A stretch of 64,000 nucleotides of DNA, from contig NC_043022.1 of the NCBI RefSeq assembly GCF_006345805.1, forward strand, positions 6,696,001 through 6,760,000, given 5' to 3'. Of the stretch, positions 61,320 through 64,000 are shown piece after piece. This DNA is from Octopus sinensis (Eukaryota). Position 1 is the first letter of the stretch; every line of letters starts with the position of its first letter. The notes under the pieces are model-generated. The model was not told the origin of the DNA and did not search any database. It saw only the letters and a program-made list of their open reading frames with translations. The position numbers and the translations under genes were made by a program.

Positions 61320-61713
61320 TACTCTTTTACTTGTTTCAGTCATTTGACTGCGGCCATGCTGGAGCACCGCCTTTAGTCGAGCAAATCGCCCCCGGGACTT
61401 ATTCTTTGTAAGCCCAGTACTTATTCTATCAGTTCTTTTGCTGAACCGCTAGATGACGGGGACGTAAACACACCAGCATCGGTTGTCAAGCAATGCTAGG
61501 GGGACAAACACATACACACACATATATATATATATATACACACACATATACGACAGGCTTCTTTCAGTTTCCGTCTACCAAATCCACTCACAAGGAATTG
61601 GTCGGCCCGGGGCTATAGCAGAAGACACTTGCCCAAGATGCCACGCAGTGGGACTGAACCCGGAACCATGTGGTTGGTTAACAAGCTACTTACCACACAG
61701 CCACTCCTGCGCC
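61320..61713 (-). mobile_element. SINE family 1
   Basis: Same consensus, minus strand. Confidence 0.88.
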
Positions 61714-62626
61714 TTTACTTTTGTTTTTAATTGGGAGAAAGAAACTGACTTCCTTTTGCTTAGACTCTTTGCAGTTGAGGAAACTATTGGTGATAATAAT
61801 TCTTCAGATGAAGAGTTTACCCTTCTGCAGACAGTGAGAGTGTTTCAGACAATCAAACTGGTAAAAGTGATGAGAAAAGTAGCAATTCAGGTGAACAAAT
61901 ACGGTAGTTAAAAGATAAGCTTCTGGTTTCTACTATAACCTCAGGCTGATCTGTGCCTTGTGTGTTAAACTGGCAGATGGAAACTAGATGGAAGCTTGTA
62001 TATAATGTGTATGTGGGTGTGTATCCACCTTTTTTGCTTTTCTATCCTATTCTGTCTCATACTCACCTTGTACCTGGACCTTACATTTCTTTCTTTTAAG
62101 CTTCAACAAGACACCTGTTCCTCTCCCTCTATCATAGCTTCTCACTCCTGCGGTCTGTACCCAGCTTGGTTGAGGGGGTTTCATCTTGCAGTTACTTGGT
62201 GACCTCACCTGTGCTTGTGCCACATAAAAAGCACCCAATACACTCTGTAAAGTGATTGGTGTTAGGAAGGGCATCCAGCTGTAGAAACCATGGCAAAGCA
62301 AACATAGAGCCTGGCGGAGCCCTCTGGCTTGTCTGTGTTTATCAAACCATCCGACCCATGCCGGCCAAGAAAAAAGGATGACAAATGATGATGTGTGTGT
62401 CTTGATACTGCTTTGTCAGTGGCATTTAGGTGTCTCATGAACAAAATATCTTTTGAATAAACAGTTTTCCTTGAAAACCCAGGATTGGCATCAGGAAGTG
62501 TGTCTAAGTCTAGAAGACTTCCCTAATAAGTCTTGTCTAATCCAAGGAGCGTAGTATGGAAAAAAATAAACCTAAAACTGATTACAACTTAATTCTCTAA
62601 CGAGGGACAAGGAGCAGTGTTAGAAA

Positions 62627-62856
62627 GGCGGCGAGCTGGCAGAAACGTTAGCACACCGGGCGAAATGCTTAGTGGTATTTCGTCTGTCGCTACGTTCTGA
62701 GTTCAAATTCCGCCAAGGTCGACTTTGCCTTTCATCCTTTCGTGCTCGATTAAATAAGTACCAGTTACGCACTGGGGTCGATATAATCGACTTAATCCGT
62801 TTGTCTGTCCTTGTTTGTCCTCTCTGTGTGTAGCCCCTTGTGGGTAGTAAAGAAGT
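62627..62856 (+). mobile_element. SINE family 2
   Basis: Same consensus; another copy at about 8754-8977. Confidence 0.85.
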
Positions 62857-62989
62857 AGTTAGGTGGTCTGTTACTGAAAGTGTTAAATTATTAGTTTTAT
62901 GTTTTACAAATATTAATGTTGAAATTTTCTTATTGTGTTTGATGGTTTTGTTTAAAATTGTATTTATTTTATTTTTTTTATTTTGTCAG

Positions 62990-63084
62990 AATGACGGCCC
63001 AAGCTGTCGAATTTTACCGTTCTTGTTGTAACCAAACAAATGCTGAAGACCTCATCAGTCACATCTTTCTTGGCTGCCAACAAA
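62990..63084 (+). CDS. AHCTF1: ELYS exon 25 (last one seen in the window)
   Basis: GMTAQAVEFYRSCCNQTNAEDLISHIFLGCQQ; A|gtgagt; phase 2 to 1. Confidence 0.9.
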
Positions 63085-63176
63085 GTGAGTGCTTTCAGGA
63101 GCTTCTTTCTATTGATTTTTCCGCCTTTCTTTTTATTAAACACTATCTGCTAGAAATAGTAGCCAAATCTCCTTAA

Positions 63177-63484
63177 CCCCTTACCCGGCAGAAACGAATA
63201 TATGCGTTTTGACCGAAATCGTTTTTTTCTAAATCTGGCGAGTTAACTCGTCATAAGATAGACTCGCCAAAATCGACAGCAAACGAGTTCCTTCGTCTAA
63301 AAACGGGTTAACTCGTTTCTGCCCAAAGCGGTAATTTAAAATCAATATTATTGAATTAAAATTCATAATAAATAAGGTTTGAAATATACCTCGAAATCAC
63401 CATTCAAAACATAGTAAAATAAAACAATTAAAAAATATGTCTGAAAAAATACATTTATTTTCAAAATAATTGTTGGGTAAGGGG
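63177..63484. mobile_element. piggyBac-type MITE, family C (inverted relative to 44862)
   Basis: Same ends; near-identical reverse complement of 44862-45171. Confidence 0.88.
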
Positions 63485-64000
63485 TTAATATAATACCCTA
63501 CCACCTTAAAAACAGGAAGGGTACATTCATTAATCTTTTCTACTCTAGGCACAAGGCCCGAAATTTTATTGACCCTGAAAGGATGAAAGGCAAAGTCAAC
63601 CGTGGCAGAATTTGAACTCAGAATGTAAAGACAGACGAAATACCGCTAAGCATTTTGCCTGACATGCTAATGTTTCCGCCAGCTCGCTGCTTTAGGGTAC
63701 ATTCAATAATACAGTCTTGTCTACACTGCCTGATTATAAGATGGGAAGCTTCTATACTTAATTGTGTTTGTGATGGCATTCACCTGGGATGGATGGGACT
63801 GGCTCCCACCAATGAGTTCACCATGTCCCTCGTGAATGGACATTTGACCCCGTCATTCCAGCGGTCAAAGTCGTGCTTCTGCCTCTGGCTCAGAATTCCA
63901 GCTTACAAATTTGACAAATGCCTCGCTGGAAGAGCAAGCATGTCAGATCATGTGGATGCTATTTGCCTTAGTTGTCATTCACAGTTGAGGGGTAGAATTC

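Larger units (their letters stand above)
4390..63084 (+). other. AHCTF1: ELYS/AHCTF1 gene model, 5' part (beta-propeller plus alpha-helical ELYS domain); 3' end beyond the window; TSS approximate
   Basis: 24 AG/GT(GC)-bounded exons join in one open frame. Recalled ELYS motifs are recognisable: QEPENDP..YIW, FDMNRWYHLQMP, QEQFFYP, LLDWSWNKVV, LMIDGL, YPPPS, GFWFLDHKDFE, WQHRQVI. Confidence 0.93.

Noticed and set aside
19463-63084. U12-type introns in ELYS
   Set aside because: No donor matches GTATCCT or ATATCCT.
63085-64000. Further ELYS exon in the last 900 bp
   Set aside because: No phase-1 AG-bounded segment with recognisable homology; the region is MITE and SINE sequence.

Overview
This is eukaryotic, AT-rich, repeat-dense animal DNA. 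The tRNA-derived SINE families point to an octopus or other coleoid cephalopod (inference). Almost the whole window is the 5' part of one + strand gene, the nucleoporin/chromatin factor ELYS (AHCTF1). I traced a probable non-coding exon 1 (ending at 4539) and 24 coding exons (19339-63084, 2854 nt, about 951 codons). They splice in one open frame only if intron 45897-48225 uses a GC donor. The gene continues past the window. Introns hold three SINE families, decayed CR1/L2- and RTE-clade LINEs, a mariner relic, TTAA piggyBac-type MITEs, two Helitron-type MITEs, a Merlin-like MITE, Penelope-like relics and simple repeats. Most entries in the supplied ORF track are artefacts of these repeats. Best leads: (1) a pre-tRNA-Asp (leader and trailer intact) fused to a full SINE and inserted as one unit, with a 10-bp target duplication, into an exactly symmetric 186-bp palindrome; (2) three minimal type I hammerhead ribozyme motifs, two in the sense strand of the ELYS pre-mRNA, one of them masked by a ~105-bp inverted repeat; (3) the GC-AG intron; (4) an internal empty/filled paralog pair that records two insertions; (5) a covarying 3' stem-loop shared by a LINE and a SINE. 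All calls were made by eye, without database searches.
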